DNA from: a virus
Length of the DNA stretch: 53,290 nucleotides
Virus genome (UHGV): UHGV-0119950
Strand: one strand, 5' to 3'
Shown: piece after piece, positions 25,912 to 35,988 of the stretch
Layout of the letters: every line of letters starts with the position of its first letter
Numbering within the stretch: position 1 is the first letter of the stretch
Made by a program: the position numbers and the translations under genes
The notes under the pieces: model-generated
Told to the model about the DNA's origin: nothing
The model's input: only the letters and a program-made list of their open reading frames with translations
The model's database searches: none

Positions 25912-26271
25912 ATGAAAGTATTACAAACATTAGGCGGTTACCAAGGTGGTCAGGCCGGGATTTTTCAGTACAAAAGGAATAGCGATGGGGTAGTTATTGA
26001 TCCTACCGTCGGTATGAATGCTAATGCGGAAATCATTGAGATTTCTAACGATGATTGGAGTGGGATGATTAATCGGTTAGAAAACATTGGCAAGAAAGTC
26101 GTTGATTTGACGGAGATAAAACAAGAGATCGCAGATGAGCTCGGGATGAATAACACTGAGACTGCCGCCGTGGTTGCTATATTGGAACACGAAGGAACAT
26201 TCGACCATTATGGCGGATTTATCGGTGGCGGGGAGTCAGTTTCAATTCATCTACGTAGGGATGATGACTAA
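25912..26271 (+). CDS. hypothetical protein
   Basis: 119 aa from ATG with GGAG upstream; lower GC than surrounding lysis genes. Confidence 0.4.
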   Translation: MKVLQTLGGYQGGQAGIFQYKRNSDGVVIDPTVGMNANAEIIEISNDDWSGMINRLENIGKKVVDLTEIKQEIADELGMNNTETAAVVAILEHEGTFDHYGGFIGGGESVSIHLRRDDD

Positions 26272-26295
26272 TTCAAGCTGGTTTTAAGGGGACAG

Positions 26296-26319
26296 GCCTC
26301 GAATTCGCGAGGCTTTTTA
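26296..26319 (+). terminator. rho-independent terminator
   Basis: GCCTCGAATTCGCGAGGC hairpin followed by TTTTTA. Confidence 0.55.
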
Positions 26320-26366
26320 TTGCCATCACCATGGGCAGACCCATCGTAATGGCGAAATCACAGTAT

Positions 26367-26573
26367 TTATCGATATAACCGACCAAGTGCCTTAATGGCT
26401 GCGATTCTAATCTCTATATCATCACTTTGGCTTAATTTGTGTAGTTCCTGGGTAATGTTATCCGCTTGGCATCTACCTTCGCCTAACGCATAGATTGCAG
26501 CAAGTTTGATGTCTTTTGGCTGGGTCATCATCTGCAACAAAAGCATGTTAGCTATTGGTTGCGGCATGCTCAT
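26367..26573 (-). CDS. small HEAT-repeat-like protein (68 aa)
   Basis: ATG with RBS AAAGGGAA (MSMPQPIANML...); repeats AAIYALGEG and AAIKALGRL resemble HEAT/PBS-type repeats; AT-rich. Confidence 0.4.
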   Translation of the reverse strand: MSMPQPIANMLLLQMMTQPKDIKLAAIYALGEGRCQADNITQELHKLSQSDDIEIRIAAIKALGRLYR

Positions 26574-26687
26574 ATTTATTCCCTTTAATGAGATAAACAC
26601 TGGTACTCACAGACAAGCTGGAAATGTGCTGTTGCGAGTACCTCATCGGTTTAAACGTGCATATACGTTTAACGCATATGCCAGTAT

Positions 26688-27125
26688 TTATGGATTTCCT
26701 AAGATTATCGCGTTATCTATACGATCCCAGCACTCAGTAAAATCAAACACCTTTTTTGCACTCGATACTGAGCCCCAGTGCTCCTTGAGATTCATAGCGT
26801 GGCGGTAAGTGGTTGCGATCGGATAGTCATGGTAGCCTTTTTCGTCAGCCACGATCGCGCGAGTTCTACCTTCGTCAAACCTTGTTATGCCATCGCGAGA
26901 AATGTGCATTATCGATGGGTTTAGCTCTCCGCCGTGCGTCATCCATTCTCTGATAGAAGTCAGTTTGGTGCTTATTGGGTCGTACCCATCCTCTTTGAAT
27001 TGAGCCAAGGCAACTTCTTTTGCCCAAGCACTGTTAACGATAAGAATCACTGCCTTATCGCTTTGATCTGAATTTTCGCAAATATTCCAGATTTTTTTAT
27101 AGGCGGGAGTTACACATCTAATCAT
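26688..27125 (-). CDS. hypothetical protein (145 aa), AT-rich moron
   Basis: Internal ATG with strong RBS AAGGAAG preferred over track TTG start at 27167; no recognisable motif. Confidence 0.45.
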   Translation of the reverse strand: MIRCVTPAYKKIWNICENSDQSDKAVILIVNSAWAKEVALAQFKEDGYDPISTKLTSIREWMTHGGELNPSIMHISRDGITRFDEGRTRAIVADEKGYHDYPIATTYRHAMNLKEHWGSVSSAKKVFDFTECWDRIDNAIILGNP

Positions 27126-27235
27126 TGTTCTTCCTTTTCTATCAGCCACTGGAATCATTATCGTCAATTCACTGAGAAAGCTTAAGCGTATTTCACTTTA
27201 TGGCGACCATCGAATCAAAATAACGGAGTAAAACA

Positions 27236-28222
27236 ATGGCAAAACCGGACTGGGGCGAGCTTCAGCAACGGTTCCTGTCCGACAATGCCGCTACCGGCGT
27301 ATCACCGAAGGATTGGTGTGAAGCGCAGGGACTGAATTACGCAACAGCCCGCCGATACATAAAAAGACCAACTGCGCAAAAACCTGCGCAGAAAAAATTG
27401 CGCACTGCGCAAAAGGAAAAATGCGCAAAAGAGTTGGTGGATGATGACGGTCTTACTGCTCAGCAGCGTTTATTTGTTGCGGAGTACCTGAAGGATAACA
27501 ATGCCACGCAGGCTGCCATTCGTGCCGGGTACAGCAAGAAGACTGCTGAACAAATTGGGTATCAACTTCTTCAGAAAACTTCAGTTGCGCAGGCAATTGC
27601 GCAGCAGCAGAAAGAATCGTTAATGCGCACACTCGGCAGCGCAGACGAGGTGCTTGCGCAGATGTGGCAACTCGCCACTTTCGACGCAAATCAGCTTTCG
27701 CAATATCGTCGTGGCTGCTGCCGCTACTGCTGGGGCTTTGGTCATCAGTATCAGTGGCGTGACGCAGTTGAGTATGAAGAGAAGCGACTCGAAGCGATTG
27801 AACGCAAACGTCGCGAGCCTGAGGACGTGGGCGGATATGGATATGACCATACGCAGGAACCAAATCCTGATTGCCCGCGCTGTAATGGTGATGGCATTGG
27901 TCAGCCGTTCTTTGCCGACACGCGCAAACTGGCACCTGATGCTGCGCTTGCCTATTCCGGCGTTAAGCTCGGCAAGTACGGCGTTGAAATTACCGCGATA
28001 AGCCGCGAACGGATGTTTGAAGCCGTAATGAAGCGCCTCGGCCTGGCAGACAGTGAATTTGCTCAGCGCCTGCAACAATTGGAAATTGAACGACGACAAT
28101 TGGAGGTTGACAAACTTCGATGGGAGATAGCCCTGGATAAAAACCCAGCGGGATTTGAAGAGGATTATCAACTTCAGCCAATAACTCCCGATGAGGAACC
28201 TCCAGATGATCCAATCCTCTAA
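27236..28222 (+). CDS. terminase small subunit
   Basis: 328 aa; segment LTAQQRLFVAEYLKDNNATQAAIRAGYSKKTAEQIGYQLL typical of TerS; immediately upstream of TerL. Confidence 0.75.
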   Translation: MAKPDWGELQQRFLSDNAATGVSPKDWCEAQGLNYATARRYIKRPTAQKPAQKKLRTAQKEKCAKELVDDDGLTAQQRLFVAEYLKDNNATQAAIRAGYSKKTAEQIGYQLLQKTSVAQAIAQQQKESLMRTLGSADEVLAQMWQLATFDANQLSQYRRGCCRYCWGFGHQYQWRDAVEYEEKRLEAIERKRREPEDVGGYGYDHTQEPNPDCPRCNGDGIGQPFFADTRKLAPDAALAYSGVKLGKYGVEITAISRERMFEAVMKRLGLADSEFAQRLQQLEIERRQLEVDKLRWEIALDKNPAGFEEDYQLQPITPDEEPPDDPIL

Positions 28223-29519
28223 TAGCGATGCCGTCAGCCTGACACCGAAACAGGCAAATATTTACGTCTGGGGGTGGCAGCGTTCAGCGCGTTTCAGAGA
28301 TGCTGTATGTGGTCGCCGATTTGGTAAAACATTCCTGGGCAAAGCGGAGATGCGCAGAGCCGCCAGGCTGGCGCAGAAATGGAAAGTCAGTGTAGAGGAT
28401 GAAATCTGGTACTGCGCGCCAACCCAAAAACAGGCAAAGCGTGTTTTCTGGCGGAGGCTGAAACAATCAATACCTCCACACTGGCGGGCATCGAAGCCGA
28501 ACGAGACTGAATTATCGATCACACTCAAAAGCGGCCATATAATGCGATGCGTCGGGTTGAATAACTATGATGATTTGCGTGGTTCTGGCTTGTTTTTCGT
28601 GCTGGTGGATGAATGGGCGGATTGTCCCTATGCAGCGTGGGAGGAAGTATTGCGCCCGATGCTGTCGACATGTCGGTATATCGTAAACGGTGTGCAGTAT
28701 ATAGGCGGGCATGCTCTTCGAATTGGCACACCCAAGGGATTCAACCATTGCTATGATTCATGGCTTGCCGGGCAGGACAACCGAGAACCTGATCATAAAA
28801 GCTGGCTTTATACTTCTGTGGATGGCGGAAATGTCCCGCCTGAAGAGCTTGCAGCTGCTCGCCGGCGAATGGACCCTAGGACATTCAGGCAGGAATATGA
28901 AGCCTCTTTCGAAAACTATCAGGGCGTTGTCTATTACTGCTTTGATCGCCGTAAAAATCATACTGATGAGATCGTTAAACCTGGTGAAGCGCTTCATATT
29001 GGCATGGACTTTAACGTAGGGAAAATGGCGGCAGTGGTATACGTGCTGCGTGATGGACTTCCCCGCGCTGTAGATGAGTTTATGGATATTTTCGATACTC
29101 CCGCAATGATTGAAGCGATTAAGACGCGGTATGCAGAAGGGAAACACACAATCAGTATTTATCCTGATGCTTCGGGGAAAAACCGGAAGTCCAGCAACGC
29201 CAGTGAGTCCGATATTTCACTTCTCTATGATGCCGGATTCTCTGTGCTGGTTAACGACAGCAACCCGGCAGTAAGGGACAGGATAAATGCGGTTAACTCT
29301 ATGTTGTGCAATACCTACGGTGAGCGCAGGATGATGGTTAATACGGTAACCTGCCCGAAATTCACTCAATGCCTTGAGCGACAGGTTTATAACGATAAAG
29401 GTGAGCCTGATAAGAAAGGCGGCTTTGACCACGGCAATGATGGCGGTGGTTATCCAATCGTGTTCCTGTTCCCTGTTAACGCTACAGCGTTCGACATCAC
29501 CCTCGATACGACATTCTGA
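28191..29519 (+). CDS. terminase large subunit
   Basis: 442 aa; Walker A GRRFGKT, Walker B-like VLVDEWAD; overlaps TerS end; start choice uncertain. Confidence 0.8.
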   Translation: MRNLQMIQSSNSDAVSLTPKQANIYVWGWQRSARFRDAVCGRRFGKTFLGKAEMRRAARLAQKWKVSVEDEIWYCAPTQKQAKRVFWRRLKQSIPPHWRASKPNETELSITLKSGHIMRCVGLNNYDDLRGSGLFFVLVDEWADCPYAAWEEVLRPMLSTCRYIVNGVQYIGGHALRIGTPKGFNHCYDSWLAGQDNREPDHKSWLYTSVDGGNVPPEELAAARRRMDPRTFRQEYEASFENYQGVVYYCFDRRKNHTDEIVKPGEALHIGMDFNVGKMAAVVYVLRDGLPRAVDEFMDIFDTPAMIEAIKTRYAEGKHTISIYPDASGKNRKSSNASESDISLLYDAGFSVLVNDSNPAVRDRINAVNSMLCNTYGERRMMVNTVTCPKFTQCLERQVYNDKGEPDKKGGFDHGNDGGGYPIVFLFPVNATAFDITLDTTF

Positions 29520-29520
29520 T

Positions 29521-30924
29521 ATGGCAAATAATGATATTACCTTTGTCCGTCCTGAGGTCAGGGCGGCAATGCCCGTGTGGAAAAAAATTCGCGATGTTTG
29601 TAAGGGGGCGGATGCCGTTAAGGCAGAAGGGAACGCGTATCTCCCGTATCTCGATCCCTCCGATAAATCAGCGCGAAACAAAAAACGCAATGAGGCGTAC
29701 ATTGAAAGAGCAGTTTTCTATGCGGTAACGGGAAATACGAAAATCGGCCTGATGGGCCTTGCCTTTCGTAAAGACCCGACTCTGACCGCGCCGGAAAAGC
29801 TCACTTACGTTCAGAACAATGCTGATGGTGCCGGGACAAGTATCTACCAGCAGGCGCAGCAGGTGCTTGAAAATGTTCTTGAGGTGGCCCGTGACGGGCT
29901 TTATGTTGATTATGCCAGCGCCAGCGATGAAGCCATCATTCTCCGCTATCTGGCAGAGAACATCATAAACTGGCGCACGGAAAGGATTAACGGACGCGAT
30001 CAGCTAGTGCTGGTGGTGCTGCGCGAGTGCATTGAAGAGCCTGACGGTTACGGATTTCAGGAACGCATCCAGTATCGTGAACTGGCGCTGGAGAAGGGAA
30101 AATTCGTTTGCCGGGTCTGGCGCAGGTCGGGTGATACGCAATCCGGGGCGTATGAAGTCAGCACCGAGTACTGGCCTAAGCCCAAAGGAGAAAACTACTG
30201 GGATGAAATCCCGTTCACCTTTGTTGGTGCGCAAAATAACGACCCGACAATTGATGAATCCCCACTTGCAGCGCTGACAGAAATTAATATGGGTCATTAC
30301 CGGAATTCCGCTGACTATGAGGACAGTGTGTTTTTCTGCGGTCAGGTGCAGCCGGTTATTACTGGTCTTGATACAAACTGGCGAGACTGGTTGCAAAAGG
30401 CTGGCATTAAAGTTGGTTCCAGAACGCCATTCTTACTTCCGAAAGACGGAAGTTTCACCTACGCACAGGCGCAACCTAATACCCTCGCTAAAGAGGCAAT
30501 GGACAGCAAGCGTGATTATATGGTGCAGCTCGGAGCCCGGTTAATTGAGCAGAATTCTGCTGTCAAAACAGCCACGCAGGCTACCGGAGAGCAGACGTCA
30601 TCGACTTCTGTTCTGGGTATCTGCGCAGCGAACGTCACTGAAGCCTATGGGCGAGTTCTCGCGTGGTGCGCGCGCTATCTTGGTGTGAAAAATGAAACAC
30701 CGACATTCGTTATCAGTCAGGAGTTTATCGCCAGAGTGGCTGAGTCAGGGATAGTCACAGCTATTGTTGCGGCATGGCAGTCCGGCGCGATTCGTGATTC
30801 CGATATGGTACGCGCGTTGCAGAAACTGGACATCATAGACCCCGCTGACAGCGTTGAAGATGTGATCGACACAATCCGCAATCAGGAGCCAACGTTGATC
30901 GGAGGCGGGAATGGCGACGGTTAA
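29521..30924 (+). CDS. portal protein
   Basis: 467 aa from ATG just after TerL stop; size and position between terminase and head morphogenesis gene. Confidence 0.65.
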   Translation: MANNDITFVRPEVRAAMPVWKKIRDVCKGADAVKAEGNAYLPYLDPSDKSARNKKRNEAYIERAVFYAVTGNTKIGLMGLAFRKDPTLTAPEKLTYVQNNADGAGTSIYQQAQQVLENVLEVARDGLYVDYASASDEAIILRYLAENIINWRTERINGRDQLVLVVLRECIEEPDGYGFQERIQYRELALEKGKFVCRVWRRSGDTQSGAYEVSTEYWPKPKGENYWDEIPFTFVGAQNNDPTIDESPLAALTEINMGHYRNSADYEDSVFFCGQVQPVITGLDTNWRDWLQKAGIKVGSRTPFLLPKDGSFTYAQAQPNTLAKEAMDSKRDYMVQLGARLIEQNSAVKTATQATGEQTSSTSVLGICAANVTEAYGRVLAWCARYLGVKNETPTFVISQEFIARVAESGIVTAIVAAWQSGAIRDSDMVRALQKLDIIDPADSVEDVIDTIRNQEPTLIGGGNGDG

Positions 30925-32023
30925 CGAGCAACTGCGTGATGAATCAATCGCGCACGCTATCTGGATTAGTCGTTACAGTACCGGCGTTGCCAACAGGATG
31001 GTGAAGCTGCTCAACGAAAGTGATGCTGAGCTGACAGCGCGCCTGCTGGTGGCTATGGATGGGCTTGATGCAGACAGTTTCACTGTAACGCGCCTTCAGG
31101 CATTACTCGCCAGTGTCAGGGCAGTGAACCATCAGGCGATTCAGTCAGTGCTACAAGGGTTGTCCACTGAACTGAATGACCTGGCTCAGCATGAGGCTGG
31201 TTATCAGTTGAGCCTGTTTGATTCTCTTCTGCCTGATTTTGTGACCAACGTGCATCCTCTGGTGGGTATCTCTCCTGACGCGGTTTACGCGGCGGCGATG
31301 GCGAAACCCTTTCAGGGACGATTGCTCAGCGAATGGGCGTCAAACCTCGAAGCGGATCGCCTGAACCGTATCATCAATACAGTGCGACAGGGCTTTTTGC
31401 TGGGCGATACGACAGAGCAGATAGCGCGCAAGGTTCGCGGCCACGCTAATCGTGGATACCAGGATGGTGCGTTACAGATGAGTCGCGCCAATGCCGCCAG
31501 TATCGCGAAAACGGCGGTGGGGCATCTTGCGGCGACGGCGCGTAACAGTTTCGTCAGTGCCAATGACGACATCATTAAGGCGAGGCAGCAACTATCGACC
31601 CTGGACAACAGGACGTCATCTCAATGCAGAATAAGGGACCGTCTGCAATGGACGTTAGATAAGAAACCAATCGGGCATAAAATTCCATACCTCCAGGGCG
31701 CTGGGCGATTGCATTTCTGTTGCCGCTCAACCGAGACCTACGTTCTCAAATCAGCGAAAGAACTGGGTATCGATGTTCGCGATATCCCGCCAGCGGAACG
31801 CGCCAGCATGGATGGTGTTGTGCCCGGCGATACCAATTATCAGGAATGGTTCTCGCGCCAGTCGTTCGATCGCCAGAAGCAGATCGTCGGCGAGAAACGC
31901 GCGCGGCTGATGCGTGACGGCGGCATGTCACCGGATGAGTTTTACACCGACAAAGGCGAATGGCTGACGCTGGCGCAGTTGCGGGAACGTGATACACAGG
32001 CGTTTAAAGAGGCGAGGTTGTGA
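30911..32023 (+). CDS. head morphogenesis protein (phage Mu F / SPP1 gp7-like)
   Basis: 370 aa; position after portal and general Mu F-like pattern. Confidence 0.6.
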   Translation: MATVNEQLRDESIAHAIWISRYSTGVANRMVKLLNESDAELTARLLVAMDGLDADSFTVTRLQALLASVRAVNHQAIQSVLQGLSTELNDLAQHEAGYQLSLFDSLLPDFVTNVHPLVGISPDAVYAAAMAKPFQGRLLSEWASNLEADRLNRIINTVRQGFLLGDTTEQIARKVRGHANRGYQDGALQMSRANAASIAKTAVGHLAATARNSFVSANDDIIKARQQLSTLDNRTSSQCRIRDRLQWTLDKKPIGHKIPYLQGAGRLHFCCRSTETYVLKSAKELGIDVRDIPPAERASMDGVVPGDTNYQEWFSRQSFDRQKQIVGEKRARLMRDGGMSPDEFYTDKGEWLTLAQLRERDTQAFKEARL

Positions 32024-32052
32024 TATCTTATTTAGACCAACAGGAGGTGATA

Positions 32053-32166
32053 ATGATTATCCAGTTAATCACAATAGCCTTAGGTCTGGCTGCAATAGTT
32101 ATATCCAGTCGTTCAATTTATGAAATGTGGAAATTCGAACGGGAATACAAAAAGAAAGGTCGCTAA
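32053..32166 (+). CDS. small membrane protein (37 aa)
   Basis: Not in ORF track; strong RBS AGGAGG; MIIQLITIALGLAAIVISSRSIYEMWKFEREYKKKGR; followed by two hairpin-T-run terminators. Confidence 0.35.
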   Translation: MIIQLITIALGLAAIVISSRSIYEMWKFEREYKKKGR

Positions 32167-32198
32167 GGCGGCCTTTTTTATTATCTGAAATTCACAAC

Positions 32199-32228
32199 AG
32201 GCTGCCTCCGGGCGGCCTTTTTTATTGG
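32199..32228 (+). terminator. rho-independent terminator (second of two tandem)
   Basis: GGCTGCC-TCCG-GGCGGCC followed by TTTTTTATT; a similar AAGGCGGCCTTTTTTATT element lies about 35 bp upstream. Confidence 0.5.
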
Positions 32229-32262
32229 GCCAGGCCCACACTGAATATCCCAAGGGGACAAC

Positions 32263-33042
32263 ATGCTTATTCGTAACATGCTCATCAAATATTACGCACC
32301 GGCTGGTGAAGAAGATAACTCTGGCGGTGGTGGCGATGGCGCACCAGACATTACGCCGGAAATTCAGAAGCTGATTGATGAGCAGGTATCGGCTCAGGTG
32401 TCAGGGCTGAAAAACAAAAATACAGAGCTGCTCGGAAAGCTCAAGGAGTCAACCGAGTCCCTCAAACGTTTTGACGGTATCGACCCTGACGCTGTTCGCA
32501 GCATTCTGCAACGTTTTTCCGACGACGAAGAAGCAAAGCTGATCGCCGATGGAAAAATTGATGAGGTGCTGAACAAACGTACTGAACGTTTACGCGCTGA
32601 CGTTGATAAGCAAATCAAGGCCGCTAACGAGCGTGCGGATAAAGCTGAAGCGTTCTCGAATAAATTCCGGGATCGGGTGCTGGCTGATGCAATTCGCGCG
32701 GCGGCTGCAACCGTCGGCGCGCTGCCTGAAGCGTCCGACGACCTGATCCTCCGTGCCAAAGGCACATTCCAGCTCAACGACGAAGGCGAGGCCGTAGCTG
32801 TTGATGCAAACGGTGATGTTCTGTTCGGCAAAGACGGCAAGACCCCGTTAAGCCCTGCTGAGTGGGCGGAATCCCTGAAAGAATCCGCGCCGCACCTGTT
32901 CCCCCGCGCTGAAGGCACAGATGCAGGTGGTCATAAGCAGCAGGGAAGCGGCGCTCTTAAACGCTCTGAAATGACATCGGCCGATAAAACAGCCTACATC
33001 CGTAAACACGGACAACAGGCCTTCCTCAGGTTACCAAAGTAA
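32263..33042 (+). CDS. scaffolding protein
   Basis: 259 aa charged helical protein immediately upstream of major capsid gene. Confidence 0.55.
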   Translation: MLIRNMLIKYYAPAGEEDNSGGGGDGAPDITPEIQKLIDEQVSAQVSGLKNKNTELLGKLKESTESLKRFDGIDPDAVRSILQRFSDDEEAKLIADGKIDEVLNKRTERLRADVDKQIKAANERADKAEAFSNKFRDRVLADAIRAAAATVGALPEASDDLILRAKGTFQLNDEGEAVAVDANGDVLFGKDGKTPLSPAEWAESLKESAPHLFPRAEGTDAGGHKQQGSGALKRSEMTSADKTAYIRKHGQQAFLRLPK

Positions 33043-33051
33043 GGAACAACA

Positions 33052-33999
33052 ATGGCTACGACCGTTAATACTGATCTGATTATTTATGACGATCTCGCGC
33101 AAACTGCGTTTCTGGAGCGCCGTCAGGATAATCTGGATGTTTTTAACCAGGCGTCTAATGGTGCAATCATTCTCGATAACGAACTGATCGAAGGTGATTT
33201 CCGTAAGCGCGCTTTCTATAAAGTCGGCGGTTCTATCGAAGCGCGTGACGTTAACTCTACTGACCCGGTAACGGGTAAAAAAATCGGTGCGGGCGAGTCC
33301 GTCAGCGTAAAAGCACCGTGGAAATATGGCCCGTACGAAACTACGGAAGAAGCGTTCAAGCGTCGTGGACGTGATGTGAGCGAGTTTTCTGAGGTGATCG
33401 GTGTCGATGTGGCTGATGCCACGCTGGAAGGCTATATCAAATACGCACTTCAGGGGCTGATTGCTGCTATTGGCGCTAACGCTGATATGGTCGTGACTGC
33501 GGATATTGCCACTGATGGCAAGAAAACGCTGACTCGCGGCCTGCGCACCTACGGCGATAAGTTCAACCGCGTTTCCCTGTTCGTCATGCACTCCACTACC
33601 TACTTCGATATTGTTGATCAGGCTATCGACAACAAAATCTACGAAGAAGCGGGCGTGGTCGTGTACGGCGGTCAGCCAGGTACGCTGGGTAAACCGGTTC
33701 TGGTAACCGATACGATGCCTGTTGATGCAATTCTGGGGCTGGTGGCCGGTGCTGTATCAGTAACTGAGTCTCAGGCGCCGGGGTTTCGCTCCTATGACAT
33801 CAACGACCAGGAAAACCTCGCGATCGGCTATCGTGCTGAAGGTACGGTGAACGTCGAACTGCTGGGGTACAGCTGGGACACCACCAAAGGCGAAAACCCG
33901 GACCTTACCGCCATTGGCACGCAGGGGAACTGGAAGAAACACTTCACCAGCAACAAATCCACTGCGGGGGTTTTGATTCAGCTCGGCGGCGGCAGCTAA
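33052..33999 (+). CDS. major capsid protein
   Basis: 315 aa after scaffold gene, followed by strong terminator. Confidence 0.65.
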   Translation: MATTVNTDLIIYDDLAQTAFLERRQDNLDVFNQASNGAIILDNELIEGDFRKRAFYKVGGSIEARDVNSTDPVTGKKIGAGESVSVKAPWKYGPYETTEEAFKRRGRDVSEFSEVIGVDVADATLEGYIKYALQGLIAAIGANADMVVTADIATDGKKTLTRGLRTYGDKFNRVSLFVMHSTTYFDIVDQAIDNKIYEEAGVVVYGGQPGTLGKPVLVTDTMPVDAILGLVAGAVSVTESQAPGFRSYDINDQENLAIGYRAEGTVNVELLGYSWDTTKGENPDLTAIGTQGNWKKHFTSNKSTAGVLIQLGGGS

Positions 34000-34004
34000 T
34001 CACC

Positions 34005-34027
34005 AGGGGCTTCGGCCCCTTTTTTAT
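34005..34027 (+). terminator. rho-independent terminator after capsid gene
   Basis: AGGGGCTTCGGCCCCT hairpin followed by TTTTTTT. Confidence 0.6.
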
Positions 34028-34152
34028 TGCGCGTCCACCGCGCCTGACAAACGAGAGTCTTTCAGAAAGTGAGCCTGAGAACGCCGTACAGGTGGCGACC
34101 TCTCTCGGGCTGCGTTCTGGTGGACAGGCTCACTTTTTAAAAGGAAACGCAG

Positions 34153-34356
34153 ATGAAATACCAGATAGCGAAGTTATACCGTGGAGACCATTTCCTTGGT
34201 TACGGTATTGCCGTGGATGGTCAGCTACTGGATGGACAGGCCTCGACCAGCATTAACACCGAAATAACTTCCTTGCCAACGGTCACAGTGGTTTTTAACC
34301 TCAATAAAGACCACGCCGAAAATCAAATCACCATTGACCTTGACGAGAAGGTATAA
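34153..34356 (+). CDS. hypothetical small protein
   Basis: 67 aa ORF immediately upstream of glycosyltransferase gene. Confidence 0.35.
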   Translation: MKYQIAKLYRGDHFLGYGIAVDGQLLDGQASTSINTEITSLPTVTVVFNLNKDHAENQITIDLDEKV

Positions 34357-34359
34357 GCA

Positions 34360-35820
34360 ATGGATGTCATTGTTGGTGGGGTTCCTTATGTCCGCGCCGA
34401 TAGCGTTTCCCATAATAAAATTGGAATCGCGATAACCACTCACAACAGGCCGGATGTCCTCGCAAAATCACTTGAGCAACATCGAAAATATTTACCTCCC
34501 GGTGCGGTCGTGTTCGTCATTGATGATGGTTCAAATCCGCCAGCAACAGCTCCGGGTTGGTGTAATTTAATCCGGCACGATAATTCAAAAGGCATTGTTG
34601 CTTCGAAGAACGCCAGTCTTACAGCGCTGATGGATGCCGGGTGCGAGCATCTTTTTTTATGGGACGATGACGCATGGCCGATTGCCGATGGCTGGCATCT
34701 TCCGTATATCGAATCGCCTGAGCCGCATCTTGCGTATCAGTTCCTCGACCTTGCCGGGCCGCGAAAACTTAACGATCTCGCTGTGCTTTATAGCGACGAT
34801 AAGCATGTGGCGTACACCGGACAGCGCGGCGTGATGCTGTATTACCACCGCAGCGCTATCGAGCGTGTCGGTGGTTTCGACTGGATTTACGGGCGCGGCA
34901 TGTACGAACACAGCGACCTTGCCCTGCGCATCCATAACGCCGGGCTGACGACGTGGGTTTATGCCGACGTCACCAGCTCAGATAAGTTGATTCATTCGCT
35001 CGATGAGCATGAAGCTGTAGACCGTTCGGTGCCAACGGCAGACAGGAAAGCGCTGGTGGAACGTAATGTAAAAATCCACAACGAGCGGCGCGATACGGGG
35101 TATACCGGCTATGTCGAATACCGGCGCCAGCGCGACGTTGTGATCACAACATTACTGACGAGCCAACCGGACCCGCAGCGCGGTACGAAAATGACGGCCT
35201 CGCCTGACATGCTGGCTAAATGGGCGGCTTCGCTCCGGCAGTGTGGACGTATCGCGCTGGTGGATGAATTACTAACGGCCCCGGCAGATGTTGAGCTATG
35301 TCGCGTTCCTGACGTGAAGATGAATGTCTACTTTCGTCGCTGGTTGCACATCTGGCAGCACCTGCGAGATCACCCTGAATACCGGTTCGTCTGGTGTACC
35401 GATGGTACCGATGTCGAAATGCTTCGCGCGCCATGGGAAGAAATGGAGGCCGGGAAGCTCTACGTTGGCTCGGAGCCGAAAACTTACGCTGACGCCTGGG
35501 CAAAACAGAATCATCCTGAACGCATCTATCAGGAATTCATCGAACAGCATCGCAACGATGTGATGCTTAACGCCGGGCTTCTGGGTGGCACGCGCGCTGA
35601 TGTGATGGCGTTCGCTCACGGCATCATCCGTCTTTACTACCGGATCGAGAGTTATCGGTTCTGGAAGACAGAGCAGGCTGATGCAGCGGTGGGCGATATG
35701 ATCGCATTTGGCATTGTCGCGCAGTCATTTGGCGATCGCATTGTCACCGGCCCGCGCATCCACACAGTGTTTAAGTCTGAAGGTATCGGTAAGGAGTACG
35801 CCTGGTTTAAACATAAATAA
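34360..35820 (+). CDS. two-domain glycosyltransferase (N-terminal GT-A/GT2-like)
   Basis: 486 aa; GIAITTHNRPDVLAKSL...VFVIDDGSNP and LWDDDAWP (DxD) match GT2 signatures; C-terminal half not identified. Confidence 0.7.
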   Translation: MDVIVGGVPYVRADSVSHNKIGIAITTHNRPDVLAKSLEQHRKYLPPGAVVFVIDDGSNPPATAPGWCNLIRHDNSKGIVASKNASLTALMDAGCEHLFLWDDDAWPIADGWHLPYIESPEPHLAYQFLDLAGPRKLNDLAVLYSDDKHVAYTGQRGVMLYYHRSAIERVGGFDWIYGRGMYEHSDLALRIHNAGLTTWVYADVTSSDKLIHSLDEHEAVDRSVPTADRKALVERNVKIHNERRDTGYTGYVEYRRQRDVVITTLLTSQPDPQRGTKMTASPDMLAKWAASLRQCGRIALVDELLTAPADVELCRVPDVKMNVYFRRWLHIWQHLRDHPEYRFVWCTDGTDVEMLRAPWEEMEAGKLYVGSEPKTYADAWAKQNHPERIYQEFIEQHRNDVMLNAGLLGGTRADVMAFAHGIIRLYYRIESYRFWKTEQADAAVGDMIAFGIVAQSFGDRIVTGPRIHTVFKSEGIGKEYAWFKHK

Positions 35821-35832
35821 GGAGAATTTTGC

Positions 35833-35988
35833 ATGTCTAACGAAGAAAACGTGGAGAAGCTGGTAAAGAAAAGCGTCCCTGACAAAAATGAGACGCTTGT
35901 GTTAGACCGATTAAAAGAATCTATTCTTGACTGGGCGGCTTGTCTAAAGAGCGCTTCACAGTTGCCAGAGCATCCCTGGCGGCATTGA
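35833..35988 (+). CDS. hypothetical small protein (51 aa)
   Basis: Not in ORF track; RBS AAGGAG; 3' end overlaps convergent minus-strand ORF; uncertain. Confidence 0.3.
   Translation: MSNEENVEKLVKKSVPDKNETLVLDRLKESILDWAACLKSASQLPEHPWRH

Noticed and set aside
27453-28171. Minus-strand ORFs of 160-183 aa inside the terminase small subunit gene
   Set aside because: Antisense shadows of the TerS coding sequence.
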